Assembly (NCBI RefSeq): GCF_004010195.1 | Contig: NC_057728.1 | Location: 5,968,175-6,032,174 of the forward strand | Reading direction: 5' to 3' | Source of the DNA: Chiloscyllium plagiosum | Taxonomy: Eukaryota | DNA: 64,000 nucleotides | Shown: one piece after another, positions 27,101 through 42,100 of the stretch | Numbering within the stretch: position 1 is the first letter of the stretch | Layout of the letters: each line of letters begins with the position of its first letter | Position numbers and translations under genes: made by a program | Notes under the pieces: generated by a model | Database searches by the model: none | The model's input: the letters and a program-made list of their open reading frames with translations, nothing else | Told to the model about the DNA's origin: nothing

Positions 27101-30100
27101 TCGATATTGTACAATCATCAGAAAACATCCCGTCTTCTGACCTTTATGAGAGAGGGCAGGTCATTGCGAAGCAGCTATACATAGTTGGGCCTTGGAGACA
27201 AACCTACCAGGGCAGCTTGAGCATTGGGAGAAACAAAAATTGGAAATTAAAAAAAAATCAGTTAAAGTGACCATAAAAGTTGCTGGATAATTGTGAAATC
27301 TGAACCAGTTCTCACATGTCGAGAAAGAACCTGTAATCCTTGCTACAGGGACCCCAGTCCTATGTTAATGTAGTTGTCTCCTCACTGTCCCTCTGAAAAT
27401 GGCCGAACAAACCAATCTGTTGTATTGGAGTGGTAATGACCAATTCATGAAGATGATCTACCCCATCTCTAGGGATGGGCAATAAACTTCAGCCTTGCCG
27501 AGTGAGTGCCAACATTCCAAGAAAGCACGAAAGAAAGAAAGACTGTGCCCCTTCTGTGTTTGATTTTCTCACCTCTATAAAGAACATTCTAGATATTGAG
27601 ATGGCCAAATATATCATCCAACAGTAAAATGGAACTCACTCAGAAGATGTCACACACACGCAGGCCAATATTTTCTCCTTTTAGTTTCTAGGTGTGGGGG
27701 AGGGCACCGCTAACAACAAGACACATTTCATCCCCATCAAGAAGAAAGCTGTGAAATCGAGTGCCAATTAGCTATATGATCCGGTGGGACTCCAGCTAAT
27801 CATTTCTTGGGACATTAACATCCTGTCTGCCAGGCAAACAGAAGTCAGGAGCCCACTGTGAGCAGCAGGCTCTGCCCTGAAGGCCAAGGCTGCTGGTTGC
27901 TTAGCGACAATGAAGACCAGGAGCAGCAGGAAGTTGTGATTTTTTTTCTTTGGAGGGGGTGTGGAGTGGAATCACCAGATAGGGGGTCGTGAGGAAATGG
28001 ATGTCCAAGGCAAAGGTGGGATTGCAGCTTTACAGCGGTCAGCCCCACCTCACCCATGTGCCCGAATGCCCCAAGTCTCAGCCCCAACCCCACTCCCTGG
28101 CAGGCAGGATGCCATGCTCTAGCAGTCAGGACAGTTACCCCATTTTCCAACTTAGCAGGAACAAAGTTAACCAGACCGGTGGCAAACTAAACACCCTTAT
28201 AAGTGGTTGTCATGTCACCACTTAAGGACCTCAGTGGTGGTTTGCTGGGAAGGTGAATCATGAGTCTTTCCATTCATGACAAAAAATGGGATTGAGTATT
28301 TTACTGGTGCCAACTTGCCACGATCATTTGCCCTACCCATCACTTTCCCTGCCCCTTCTGAGGGAAGTTCTGCTTCACTGATCAATTTGAAGCAAATGAA
28401 AAGTTGCACAAACAGTTTTGAGGCTGTGGCACTGGAAATGGTTTATTTTGATCTCTACGTCCTTCTCTCTGCGCATTCGTTTCAAGGTGGTCCCAGCAAG
28501 CTCTCTACATTTGGAACTCCCATCAAGTAGCCCTTTAAGGGACACCTGCATGGACAGAGGCTTCCATGTGAAAACAGTGGATGGAGTCATTTCCTGAGTG
28601 TAATGCTAAATGTCATCAAGCAAAGTAGCACAGTATCAGATTGAAAGGGAAACACAGCAAGCTTGGGCTGCTCTTTGAGCTCTTTTAAAATGTGTCTATT
28701 AAAAACTAAAGTTGCCATAGTCCCATAAGGCTCTCCTTATAGAGAGATGACTGATAGTGTCTTTAACCTGATGGGTTACCCTGTCTCAGGCAAGGGGTGA
28801 GGCTGAGAAGTGAGGGCCTCAGGCAGTGTGGGAATTGAACCCATGCTGTTGGCATCACTCAGCATCACAAACCAGCTGTCCGGCCAACTGAACTAATTGA
28901 TCCCCTGGGTTAGAAATATATGCCAAAGAAGGATTTATTACAACCCGGCCAAATGTACATGCAAGACAGCTCCCAGACAGCTCCCATCCAGACCAGAATT
29001 CTCAGCAGGGCCCCAGCAATTATCCTATGATAGACTGAGCAGAAGAAAAGATTGACAATGAGATGGGCGGCACAGTGGCACAGTGGTTAGCACTGCTGCC
29101 TCACAGCGTCAGAGACCTGGGTTCAATTCCCGCCTCAGGTGGCAGGCTGTGTGGAGTTTGCACATTCTCCACTTGTCCGCGTGGGTTTCCCCCGGGTGCT
29201 CCGGTTTCCTCCCACAGTCCAAAAATATGCAGGTCAGGTGAATTGGCTGTGCTAAATTGCCCTTAGTGTTAGGTGAAGGGGTAAATATAGGGACTGGGAC
29301 TGAGTGGGTGGCGGGTCGGTGTGGACTTGTTGGGCCGAAGGACCTGTTTCCACATGTAGGTAATCTAATCTAATCCTAAATCACCAAAAGCAGCTGTAAA
29401 ATTACTGAGCAAAATGCCAAGTGGGATTCTACGACACCTGCATAAGTTTGAGAACTAAAGCTTCAAGGAGTCTAACTCTGTGGACAGAACCAGGTGAACT
29501 GCAGTGTACTTTCCTATTCCATCGGCATATTTGTTGAATTGCTCTTGTAGAATCATTCGATTGATGCATTATAAAACACTGCAGGACTGTTACAAAGAGG
29601 AAACCAAGACTAAACCACTTCATGTTTTCCTTCTCTGTTTCTAGGATGTTTTTGCCCACCAGAAATTATCCCGGGAACAGCGAACCAGCCAGCTGTATCA
29701 GGGCATCCCTGCCCCTGTGTATCAGGCTTTATCACGTCCAATAACTTCCCGAGTCTGTACCAGAACAGCGCAGACATGTACTGGTTCTTCAACATGTCTC
29801 AGTTGTCTAACGCCACTCGACAGTACACAGGTAAATGTCAACTCCATTCTTGAAGGTAAGAGGAGATACATTCAACTGCAACACTATTCACTGATCAGAA
29901 AGTATTGCAGCATGGAACCTGCACCTACCACTTCTTCTGGCACCTTGTTTCAGACATGTGCTACCCCCTGTGTGAAAAGGTTGCCCCTCAGGCCCCTTTT
30001 AAATCATTCCCCTCTCATCTTAAACCTATGCCTTTTAGCTTTGGACTCCCTTACCCTGGGAAAAGAAGACCTTGGCTACTCTCCTTATCCATTTCATCAT

Positions 30101-33100
30101 GATTTTATAAACCTCCATAAGGTCACGCCTCAATCTCCCACCCTCCACAGAAAAACGTCCCAGCTTATTCCAACTCTCTTTCCAGTCTTGGTAACGTTCT
30201 TGTAAATCCTTTTTGTACCCTTTCCCGTATAGCAGGGTGTTCAGGATTGTACGCAGTTGTCCAAATGTGACCTTAACAATGTCTCACTTCCTATATTCAA
30301 TGCTCTGACTGACAAAGGCAAGCATGCCAAACATCATCTTCAACACCCAGTCTACATTTTAAGGAGCTTTGTACCTCCACCCCAATGTTTGTCTATTCGA
30401 AAAAGCTCTCAGGGCCTTAACCTTAACTGTACAAGTCCTGCTCAGGTTTGTCTTACCAAAATGCAACACCTCACATTTATCTGCATTAAATTCCACCTGA
30501 CACTCCTTAGCAGATCAAGATCCTGTTGCGCTCTTAGATAACCTTCAAGTAAACTCTTGGGTGCCAATGTGTGAGTTGCTTGTCTGCCTACTCCAGAGTT
30601 GTCAATCCTGCTTGGATGCTAATCGCTAATCTGGGATCATGTGACATTGTGCTCTAAGCCCTCCCCACCATGGGTCCACTTAAAACTTCAGTCTCCATTG
30701 TAGTCAGTGATTAATGGCAATAGAATCCCACAGAAGGTTCCACAATCCAGAGGCTGGTCTACACTATGTGAGCTTTTCACCTGTCCCAGCAGACTGGCAA
30801 CATGGTTACATACTCGAAGCACTACTGCCCTCCTGTTTGACAACAGTCAACCTGCAGGTCAATGAAAGAAGGAAGTTCCTCTCATAATTCATCTTGATTT
30901 ACACTCAGGAGTATCCAGGGAAGTAACCTTTGAACCCAAGACTGTCTGGAAGTCTTGTCCACCCAGATAAAGCCCCAACTGGAATGAAAGTTGAGCGGGT
31001 AGTAGGAGGAACTTAGCCTGGCACAGCCTGTTCTCCACGCCTGGGATTGTTACCATGATATTGAGGCTCATTGTGGTATTTTTGCCCAACTCATGGGGAA
31101 ACAAGCTGGAACTCCATTTATTGCAGCTGGGCAGTTAACTTCAGACCATGAGGAAAATGTTTCACCTTGGTTAAATCTCTGTGAATGGTTATATGAGATA
31201 TGGTGGTTTTGTAAAATTTAAAACATCTTCTGACACCATGTGACCGACACTGCACAAAGCACAGACTTGCAAACACCTCATTTTTTAAATTTATATACAT
31301 ATATATATTAATATATAGCACATCATAAGCTGGGGACCTCCCAAACTGTTTTGTTGGCAGTTGTGCAGTTTGTAGTACAATTACTGTTGTAAGGTAGGAA
31401 ATGCAAAATTCTAATATGTCCTCAACAATTAACTTAGAATAGACAGTAACGAAGAAAAGATTGAGAAAGTAGGAAGTCACAAGTTGGTAAAACAGCAAAA
31501 ATCTGAATACAGCAAAATCCAGCAACGGCACTGAGAGAAATTTCAAGATGATCTGATTTTAGTAATGTTTATTAAAGGATAAATGTTGTCCAGAATGCCA
31601 CAAGGCACCTCCCTGTATCTTTCCATTCACCCAAGGGCAGATAGACGCCCAGTTTAATTTCCTTCATAATTTCAACATACCCCTTCTTGCCTATACATGA
31701 CTCCAGTTCCAAAGTAAGCAGTTGCTTCTAATGCCCTCATTATGAGCTGTCCAACATTGCCCAGGGACATCACGGGCAAAACAGGATGCTATGGCCACTA
31801 CTCCTATCAGTGGATGCAGGACATCTTATGCACAAATTGACCTTCACCTTTGCCAAATTACAGTTCTTCAAATATACCTTTAATGAAGTTCTCTGGACAG
31901 CCTGAGAATACGAAAGGTGTTCCTTACAAAATAACACACAAAAAGACAGAGAACGATGTGTAGTTTCCTCAGGCCATCCCTGTCAGCCACATTACAACTA
32001 AACATCATGGCTCCCACAGATATCACTCACCAGTTACCAGGGAATCATTGGGAAGAGACAAAACACAGCTTCAAATAAATCAGGAGTGCAAAGAATTTTA
32101 TGGAGTTCCTTACCAATCTCTGAAGGTGATCACCAAATGTTGTAATGTTGGAAATACAGCAGATAATGGACACATAACAAGGTCTCACATAAAGCAACAA
32201 GAATATGGCCAGATAATCTATTTATTATTGATGCTATAGAATCATTAAATCTTACAGTACAGAAGGGGGCCATCACGTTTGTACCAGCTCCCACTCTTCA
32301 GCCCAATATCCATAGCCCCTAAATCTCACTTGCAAATATATATATCCTGCTGTCTTTTGAAACTTCCTACGGAATCCACCTCCACCCCGAGACAGCAGAT
32401 TCCAAATCCTGACCAAGCTCTGAGTAAAGGGTTTTCTCCTCATCTCACTTCTATCTGCTCCATCATTCAATATGTTTTTTTTTAGATTACTTACAGTGTG
32501 GAAACAGGCCCTTCGGCCCAACAAGTCCACACCGACCCGCCCAAGCGCAACCCACCCAGACCCATTCCCCTTCACCTAACACTACGGGCAATTTAGTATG
32601 GCCAATTCACCTAACCTGCACATTTTTGGACTGTGGGAGGAAACCGGAGCACCCGGAGGAAACCCACGCAGACATGGGGAGAATGTGCAACATCCACACA
32701 GTCAGTCGCCTGAGGCAGGAATTGAACCCGGGTCTCTAGCGATGTGAGGCAGCAGTGCTAACCACTGTGCCACCATGCCGCCCATGGCTGATCATTCAAC
32801 TCAGTACCCTGTTCCCACTTTCACATTAGACCCTTGGATTCCTTTGGCCCTAACTACATGTAATTCTTTCTTGAAAACATTAATTCTTTCAGCTTTGACT
32901 GCCTTCTGTAACAGAGAATCCCACAGGCTCACAACTCTGGGTGAAGAAAGTCACCAAGAGTCCCTTCAGTAGCATAAGGAGACCAGGACTGTGCGCAGCA
33001 CCATTACCTATGTTTGAAGTAATGGCTAACATAAACACTGTATAGAACTCATTTGTTGTTCCACACAGGAATCCGATTCTGGGTGGAGTCACTCTCTGTG

Positions 33101-36100
33101 GAGTCCCAGGAGGATTACATCTCCTTTGGATGTGGAATAGATCCCGATCAACAGAAACAGTTCACACTGACCGAGAAAAACTTGAACATCACGACCTTTC
33201 ACCTCTCCGATTGCACGGACTCCTGGGTCCATTTCCACTCTGGCCCCAACGTGCCGAGCACCAGGTTCAAAATTTATTACGAAATGGGTGAGTTTTGTTT
33301 AATTCTTTTGATCTGATTTGATTTATTATTGTCAATGTCAATTATTGTCAAACAATTCTTTGCTTACAACCCCAACCTCTAGATCTATAAGACCATGGGA
33401 TATAGGAGCACAAATTAGGCCATTGGCCCATCATGTCTGCTCTGCCATTTGGTCATGGCTGATAGGTTTTTCAATCCCATTTTCCCACTTTCTCCCCGTG
33501 ACCTTTGATCCCCCTGCCAATCAATGACCTGGCCTCCACAGCCTTCCTTGGCAATGAATTCCTCAGATTCACCACTCTCTGGCTGAGGAAGTTTCTCCTT
33601 ATCTCCATTCTGAAGGTCTTCCCATTACTCTAAGGCAGTGTCTTTGGGTTTTTGTCTCTCCTACTTATGGCAACATCTTCCAAACATCCACTCTGTCCAG
33701 CTGTTCAGTATCCTGAAAGTTTCAATGAGATACCCCCTCATCCTTCTAAACTCCGAGAGTCCTCAAGCATTTCATCCCTGGGATTATTCTCATGAACCTC
33801 CTCTGCACCCACTCCAGGGTTCATACATTCTACCTGAGATATGGGGCCCAAAATTACTCACAATACGTTAAATGTGGTCTGACCAGAGCCTTGTAGAGCC
33901 TCAGAAATACATCCCTGCTTTTATATTCTAGCCTTTATCAAGCTGAATGACAACGTTATATTTGCCTTCCGAACTACCAACTCAACCTGCAAGTTTATCT
34001 TAAGAGAAACCTGGACTCGGACTTCCAAGTCTCTTTGCACTTCAGACTTCTGAATTTTACCCTTATTTAGAAAATAGTCCATGCCTCTACTTTTCTTACC
34101 AAAGTGCATGACCTCACACTTTCCCAAGTTATATTTCATCTGCCACTTCTTTGCCCACTCTCCTAACCTGTTTAAATCTTTCTGCAGCCTCCTCAAAACT
34201 ACCTGCCCCTCCATCTATCTTTGCATCATCTGCAAACTTCGCCAGAATATCCTCAGTTCCTTCGTCCAGCTCATTAATGTATAAGGTGAAAGGTTGTGGT
34301 CCCAACACTTACCCTTGTGGAACACGACTAGTCACTGGCTTCCATCCTGAGAAGGATCCTTTTATCCCCACTCTCTGCTTTCTGCCAGGCAGCCAATCCT
34401 CTATCCATGCTAGTACATGGCCTCCAATACTATAAGCCCTTATCTTACTCAGCAGCCTCCTGTACAGCACCTTATCAAAGGCCTTCTGGAAGTCCAGATA
34501 GATAAATTCCATTGGCTCTCTTTGGTTTAACCAGCTTATTACTTCCTCGAAGAATTCTAACAGATTTGTCAGTCATGACCTCCCCTTGATGAAACCAGGA
34601 TCTCTCCAACTTTCTCTCATCAAAGATGAACTGCGAATTAGGGCTTCGCATTGGAACAACATTATTAAAGAAGCAATTTCAAATTGATTAGCTTGTGTTG
34701 ACATGATATAAAGATTACTTAGGTAAATATTTTCAACCAGAATGTTGAATGAACAGAAGTGGGGGGGGCAAACGCAGAATGCTTAAAGATCAGCTGAATA
34801 CATGGCTGGCGAACAGCGAATGGAGAGTTGGTGTAAATGGGTCTTTGTCAGGTTAGCAAGGCATAGTGAGTGCTATGCAACAGGAATCGATCCTAGGACC
34901 CAAACTGTTCACAATCTTTAAACGGGCCATAAGGTATACTTACCAAATTTGCTGATGACACAAAGTTGTGAATAGGACATGAGGAATTTACAAAAATATA
35001 TTGATGGGTGACTGGGTAAAGATGCGGCAATACAACTTAATATGAGAAAATGTGAAATTGTCCATTTTGGCAGGAAGAATTAAAAAGAAGCATATTGTCT
35101 ACATGGTAAGAGATTGCAGAGCGTGAATCACAAAAACTCATGTGCAGGTCTGGCAAGTAAATAGGAAAGCTAATAGAATGTCATCATTTATCATAGCATC
35201 CCTACAGTGTGGAAGCAGGCTTTTCAGCCCACTGTGTCTACACTGACTCCCTGAAGAGCATCCCATCCATACACACCCCACTTACCCTATCCCTGTAATC
35301 CTGCCTTTTCCATGGCTAATCCACCTAGTCTGCAAATCCATGGGCAATTTAGCATGGCTTTTGGTTTGTGGGAGGAAACTATTACATCCAGAGGAAACCC
35401 ACGCAAAGACGGAGAGAATGTGCAAACTTCACACAGATGTCACTCAAGGGTGGAATCAAGCCTGGGTCCTTGGTGCTGTGGGGCTAACCACTGAGCCACC
35501 ATGCCATGAGGGCAGTTGAATAGAGGAAGCATAGGGAGGTGGTGGTTCAATTGTATAAGGCACTGGTGAGACTGTAGCTGGAGTACTTTGTTCAGCATAA
35601 GATCTGCTTATTTAAAGAAGGATCTAAATGCATTGGTAGCAGTATAGGGAAAGATCACTAGACTAATATCTGAATTGGGGACAAAGAAACTGCAGATGCT
35701 GGAATCCAAAGTAGACAGGCAGGAGGCTGGAAGAATATTGACAAGAACATTGGGTTGGTCAGGTTGCCTTATGAGGAAAGCTTGGTCAGACTAGACTTGT
35801 ATTTGCTGAAATTTAGAGTGGAAAAGGTGACTTGATTGAAATTTATAAAATCCTGATAGGCCTTGACTCAGTTGACTTGGATAAGATGTTTCCTCTTATG
35901 GGAGAATTTTAGAAGTAGGAGTCTCTTTAAAAATAATGAGTCACTCATTCAAAACCGATAAGGCGATTTCTTTTTCCCTGAGCGTTATGACCTGAAAAGG
36001 TGGTGGAAGCTGAATCCATAAATTTTTAAGGCAGAGGTGAATAGATTCTCATTAAGCAAGGAGTTGAAAGCTTATGGGAGGTAGGTGAGAATGCAAATTT

Positions 36101-39100
36101 GAGGCTACAGTCTGATCTGCTATAATCTTATTGAGGGGCTGAATGGCCTACTCCTGATGAGTATGTTCAGATGTACCAGGAATAAAAGAACAGGAGGCAG
36201 AGATAGATATTTCATAACACTCAGCAAAACTTTGTACTGGTCACAAAGAATGAACCACTAGCGGTCTACAAAGGTGGACAGGGAGAGTATCCAATCTAAA
36301 TCTAAAGCATACATAGAACATAGAACAAAACAGCGCAGAACAGGCTCTTCGGCCCTCGATGTTGCGCCGGCCTGTGAACAAATCTAAGCTCATCCCCCTA
36401 CACTATCATCATCATCCATGTGCTTATCCAAGGATTGTTTAAATCTCCCTAATGTGGCTGAGTTAACTACATTGGTAGGCGGGGCATTCCACGTCCTTAC
36501 CACTCTCTGAGTAAAGAACCTGCCTCTGGCATCTGTCTTAAATCTATCACCCCTCAATTTGTAGTTATGCCCCCTCATACAAATTGGCATCATCATCCCA
36601 GGAAAAAGACTTTCACTGTCTACCCTATCTAATCCTCTTGTATGTCTCTATCAAATCCCCTCCTAGCCTCCTTCTTTCCAACGAGAACAGACCTAAGTCT
36701 CTCAGCCTTTCCTCATAAAACCTTCACTCCACACCAGGCAGCATCCTGGTAAATTTCCTAAATCTCCTCTGCACCTTTTTCAATTCTTCCATATCTTTCC
36801 TGTTATGGGGCAACCAGAACTGCATACAATACTCCAAGTGCGGCTGCACCAGCGTTTTGTACAGTTTAGATTAGATTAGATTAGATTAGATTTCTTTGTG
36901 ACTGTGGGAGGAAACCGGAGCACCCGGAGGAAACCCACGCAGACACGGGGAGAACGTGCAAACTCCACACAGTCAGTCGCCTGAGGCGGGAATTGAACCC
37001 GGGTCTCTGGCGCTGTGAGGCAGCAGTGCTAACCACAGTTGCAGCATGACATTATGGCTCCAGAACTCAATCCCTCTCCCAATAAAACCTAACTCACCGT
37101 AAGCCTGCTTAACAGGACTATCAACCTGGGTAGTAACTTTCAGGGGAAATATATACATGGACACCAAGTTCCCTCTGCACATCTACATTGCCAAGAATCT
37201 TTCCATTGACCCAGTATTCTGCCTTCCTGTTATTCTTCCCAAAGTAAATCACTTAATGTTTATTTGCATTGAACTCCATTTGCCACCTCTCAGTCCAATT
37301 CTGCAGTTTATCCAAATCCCCCTGCAACCTGTAAAATTCTTCCACACTGTCCACTATTCCACCGACTTTAGTGTCGTCTGCAAACTTACGAACCCACCCA
37401 CCAATTCAAAGTGGCGAAAAGCAGTAGTAGGGCAGTGAATTGGTTTTTTTTTTGGAGCCAACAGTAGATAATTAAAAAGCTCATAAAAAGGACGAACCTT
37501 GATTATTAAAATAACTTGGCAAAAAATATAAAAACAAGCAGCAAGACATTATGCAGATATATTAAAAAAAAACAGTACCTAAAGTAAGAGTGAGACCCTT
37601 GGAGGTTACAACTGGGGAATTAATAATTGGGAACAGGGCAATGACAGATTATTTAAACTAATATTTTGTTTAGGTCTTCACAGTACAAGTTGCAATAAAT
37701 ATCTCAATGATAATACATAAGCAAGATGCTAGTAGTCTGATTCAGTGCCTGACCATTCCCTGAGTCAGGAGAAAGTGAGGACTGCAGATGCTGGAGATCA
37801 GAGCTGAAAATGTGTTGCTGGAAAAGCGCAGCAGGTCAGGCAGCATCCAAGGAGCAGGAGAAGGACTCATGCCCGAAACATCGATTCTCTAGCTCCTTAG
37901 ATATTGCCTGACCTGCTGCACTGTTCCAGCAATACATTTTCAGCTCATTCCCTGAGTCACCCTTGCACTGTGTGAACACATTAATATTCCAGTGTGTTCT
38001 TGGTTTTGCAGTGCCCCGTCTGTGCTTGAACCTGAGTTGTGACGTCAATGCAGTTTGTCACAGAGACAGCGCCGGGTCCCTGGTATGTAGCTGCAAACCA
38101 GGCTGGAGGAGATCAGGTCCCAGGTGTTACGGTAAGGCAGTCCCACCACATGCATTTCTCTCCACTGAAGCCAGTTTTTATACTGTCCCGGTTTGTGTTT
38201 GGAGCCTGATGGAGCTGCAGCTGAACCCTGGAGTTTGCATGGAGTTTGGTACTTGTGGTGGGAGTTTATTAAGCTCTGTGTCCGTAGGTCAAGGGGTTTA
38301 AGCCCACTTGAAGAATTAAACACTAAATATTAGTGAGCTCCTTCCCTTGAGAGCAGCCGTGTGGTCCAGTAGGACTATGACAATTTCAATTTTCCCCTTT
38401 ACTTTTGTCAATACGCTCCGAGTACACAGGTGATGCCTGAGTGTATGCAACAGAGTTCAGGAGACACAAAGCTCTATAAAGTACAAGGACGCAGAGTCTG
38501 ATCCATTTTACTCCAATTACCCAATGCAGCCCTGCAATCTCATGTCCCTTTATTTGCCCTAATTGTTCAATATTAAAGGAAAATGTTCTATTTCATGAAT
38601 CAACAAACCTTCAGATCATTAATGTCTGTATGGTTCCTCCTAATTTCATTGTTAATGTCTGAGAACTTCATCAAGGAGATGTTGTTAATTCTAAAACCAC
38701 CCTGTTCTCTTATGTTGCTATAAATAATTGTCGAGTCCTGTAGTTCTACATTAATTGCTCATGGTCAAAAAGTGTGGCTTTAGGAAACCTCAGCAGGTCA
38801 GGCAGCATCAGAGGAGCAGGAGGGTCAACGTTTCATCAGGAATGGTTGTAGGTGGGGACAAGGGGGCTGACAGATAAATAGGAGGGAGTAGGACCGGGGC
38901 AAGGTAGCTAGGAAGGCAATAGGTGGATGCAGGTAGGGGGGGTGATGGTGATAGGCTGGAGCAGATAAGTGGGAAGGAAAATGGACAGGTGAGAGAAGTT
39001 CAAGAGGGCAGTGCTGAGTTAGAGGGTTGGATCTGGGGAGAGGTTGGGGGAGGGAAGATGAGGAATCTGGCGAAATCGACATTGATGCCGTGTGGTTGGA

Positions 39101-42100
39101 GGATCCCAAGGAGGAAGATGAAGTGTTCATCCTCCAGGCATCAGGTGGCTAGGATTTGACGGTGGAGGAGCTCCAGTACTTGCATGTCCTTGGCGGAGTG
39201 GGAGGGGGAGTTGAAGTGGTCAGCCCATGGTCACGCATGGTCAATATCTGTTCTAGCTCTGCACACTACTGCTTTACAGCAAGGTCTGAATATTAACAAG
39301 CTGTCTGCCTCTCCACTTCTTCCCTAGAGCTCAGGAACATGGTACAAGCTGTAACAGCCAGTGTCACAGGACCCAATGTCACATTGAGATGGACAGTCGT
39401 CCCAATACCCAGAACTGAGATACTCAACTACCAAGTTAACACAAACTGCACAAACCACACCAACGGGATCATCCAGCTACAAACTCACCAACCTGGAAAC
39501 ACCACCAGTTTGGTTTTTACCGGTAGGTATTGCAGACCTTGCTTAGACTTCTCTGTCCTCAGACACTGCTTAACACATTGAAGACCATAATAACCTGACC
39601 TATAAAACCTGAAACTTTATGATCCTGTTCTCTAAGATTGAATTTCCCTGGCTTTGCTCGCATTTTGCCTCTTTTCTTCTTAGAAGAGAACAGCAAGTGG
39701 TCAGTTAAATGCAATCGGGATGACTTGGGAAGATGTGGGGACCTGAGGCGTGGGACTTGAGCTTGAGCGGGGAGTTAAAGCAGGGAAGTCCAAGGGATTG
39801 ACTGTTTATGGCCTTCATTGAACTGATGTCCTCAGAAACCTACTCATTAGTGACGCTGCTCAGCAGGATTGCTCAGCTGACGGCAGTCACTTAACGTTGC
39901 AATGAGCTCAGGTAAATCCTGGTCTTCAATCCCCTCAATCAAACAAGAATGAAATTAACAGGCACTCGCGCTGAGATGGGTTAACTCAACAATGACAAAT
40001 ATATACATTTCAATCACATCTTTAAGAATCACCAAGGCGATTCAGAGGAACATCAAACAAAGTGACAGCAAGACACAAAAATCAATATGAGGACGGGAGA
40101 CCGACAATTTGTCAAAGAGTTAAGTTTTAAAGAAAGGGAGCGAGCTGGACAGATTTAGGCAGTTAATTCTAGTACCAAAGCCTAAGTAACTGGATGCATA
40201 GCGACCATTAATGAAAAAGCTTGTTAAGGTATCACACATTAAGCTGCTTCCTAAGATAAGAGCCCATGGTGTTGTAGGTAGTATACTAGCATGTATAGAG
40301 GATTGGCTAACTAATAGAGCACAGGGAGTTGGGATAAGGGGGCATCTTCAGACTGGTACTGGGCCACAGTTATTAATGGCTTGGATGTGGGAATGTATAA
40401 TCATCAGGTTTATGGATGACTCAGAAAAAGGTGGGAAGGTAAGTGGTGAGGATGGCATAAGGAGTCTGCAGAGGGACACAGGCAGCTAAGTGAATGGCAA
40501 ATGGAAAATAATGTGGGAAGCTGTGAAATTATGCACTTTGGAAGAATAGGAGCTGAATTTATTTAAATAGAGCAGACAGATTTGGGGCTCTTCATCAAAG
40601 AATCCCAAAAAGCTAGCAGGTAAAATGGAAGGTGAATGGAACATTGGCACTTGCTGCAAAAGGAGTGGAGTGTAAAAGTAGAAAGATCTTCCTAAAACTA
40701 TATAAGCACTAGTCAGTGCACACCTGGAATTCTGTGAAGAATTCTGATCTACTTACCTGAACAAAACTATACTGACATGGGAGGCAAACCAGAGAATGTT
40801 CACTGGGCTGATCCTGGGTATGGAGAGATTTTCTTATGAGGACAGATTGTGTAGGTTAGGTCTGTACTCCATTAAAGTTTGGAAGAATGACAGCACACCT
40901 TATTGAAACGTGTAAGATTCTCCGTGAGCTTGACAGGGTAGATGCTTGAGAGGATGTTTCAGCTTTTGGGAAAGTCCAACACCAGAGTGTGTAATCTCAG
41001 AGTAAGGGGTGGCCCATGTAAGGATGACAAGGATTTTCTTCTTAACATTGTGAATCTGTAAAACTCTTCATTGCAAAGCGACTGAGTCATTAAGTATATT
41101 CAAAGCTGAGATGAACAGGTTTTTAATCAGGACAGCATTCACAGGTATGGGGGTATGGCAGGGAAGTGGATTTGAGGATTATCAGATCAATCATGATCTC
41201 ATTGAATGACAGAGCAGACCCATAAGAAAATAATGACCTATTTCTGTTCTTACATCTACACCATTAGGAACAATTCAAATTGAAGATATTTAAGAGGCCA
41301 GAATTTGAGCAGCACAGCCGACTAGAACATTGAGTGCCAGAGCAAAACACAGAAACATGTGAGATAAAGGCCAAAGAGAGATTAAAAACTAAGGACGAGA
41401 ATTTTAAACTAATGCTGTACTGTCCAGCAGGCTGCTATAGGCCATTGTGCACAGATATGACCAGGGAACAGGATTTGGTTGTGTGTTTGGATATTGGAGT
41501 GGACTCGTATTCAAGCTGGCCAGAGGAGCAAAGAGCAGAAATAGAGTATTTGCCATTCCAAGTCTATGCGGCTCAATCCCACACTGCAGCAGATTTACTT
41601 ACGTCAATACGAGAGAAACTCAGAGGTTTGTTTGCGAAAATGATTTTTATATGTTTTGTGTATAATCTTGGTGACTAATGTGACTGAAATTACAGGTCTG
41701 GGCTCCCTTTTACTGTGTACCACTGTGATCCAAGTAAACACCACCTCTGATGGCCTGGTGACCACTCAGCCTTTTACCTTCAAGACCTACTCTGGTGAGT
41801 TCTCTTGTTAGTTGTTCCACAAAATTCCATTGTCAGACAACTTTCTGTCATTCACACCAGTATTAAAATCACTAAAAGGTCATGAACAGATGTAAAAAGG
41901 ATCAAAAGCAATGAAATGAATGCTGCCTTTTATCACAACGGGACTTGGAATTCAATCAAGAGCCAGGTATTTCAAGTTTCTGCTGCTGTACTTAGACCAC
42001 ATCTGAGTACTGGGAGCTGTGTTTAGTTTTAGGGCATCACATCTTCGGAACACTACATTAGCCTTGGACGAGGCAGACTCACCTGCATGAAATCAGACTT

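Larger units (their letters stand above)
25430..27190 (-). mobile_element. LINE 3' fragments (L2/CR1-clade) interrupted by a Penelope-like insertion and the gap
   Basis: - strand [11 protein letters not shown] and [12 protein letters not shown]...HFPNPQPL...[10 protein letters not shown] motifs; continues after 26770. Confidence 0.6.
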
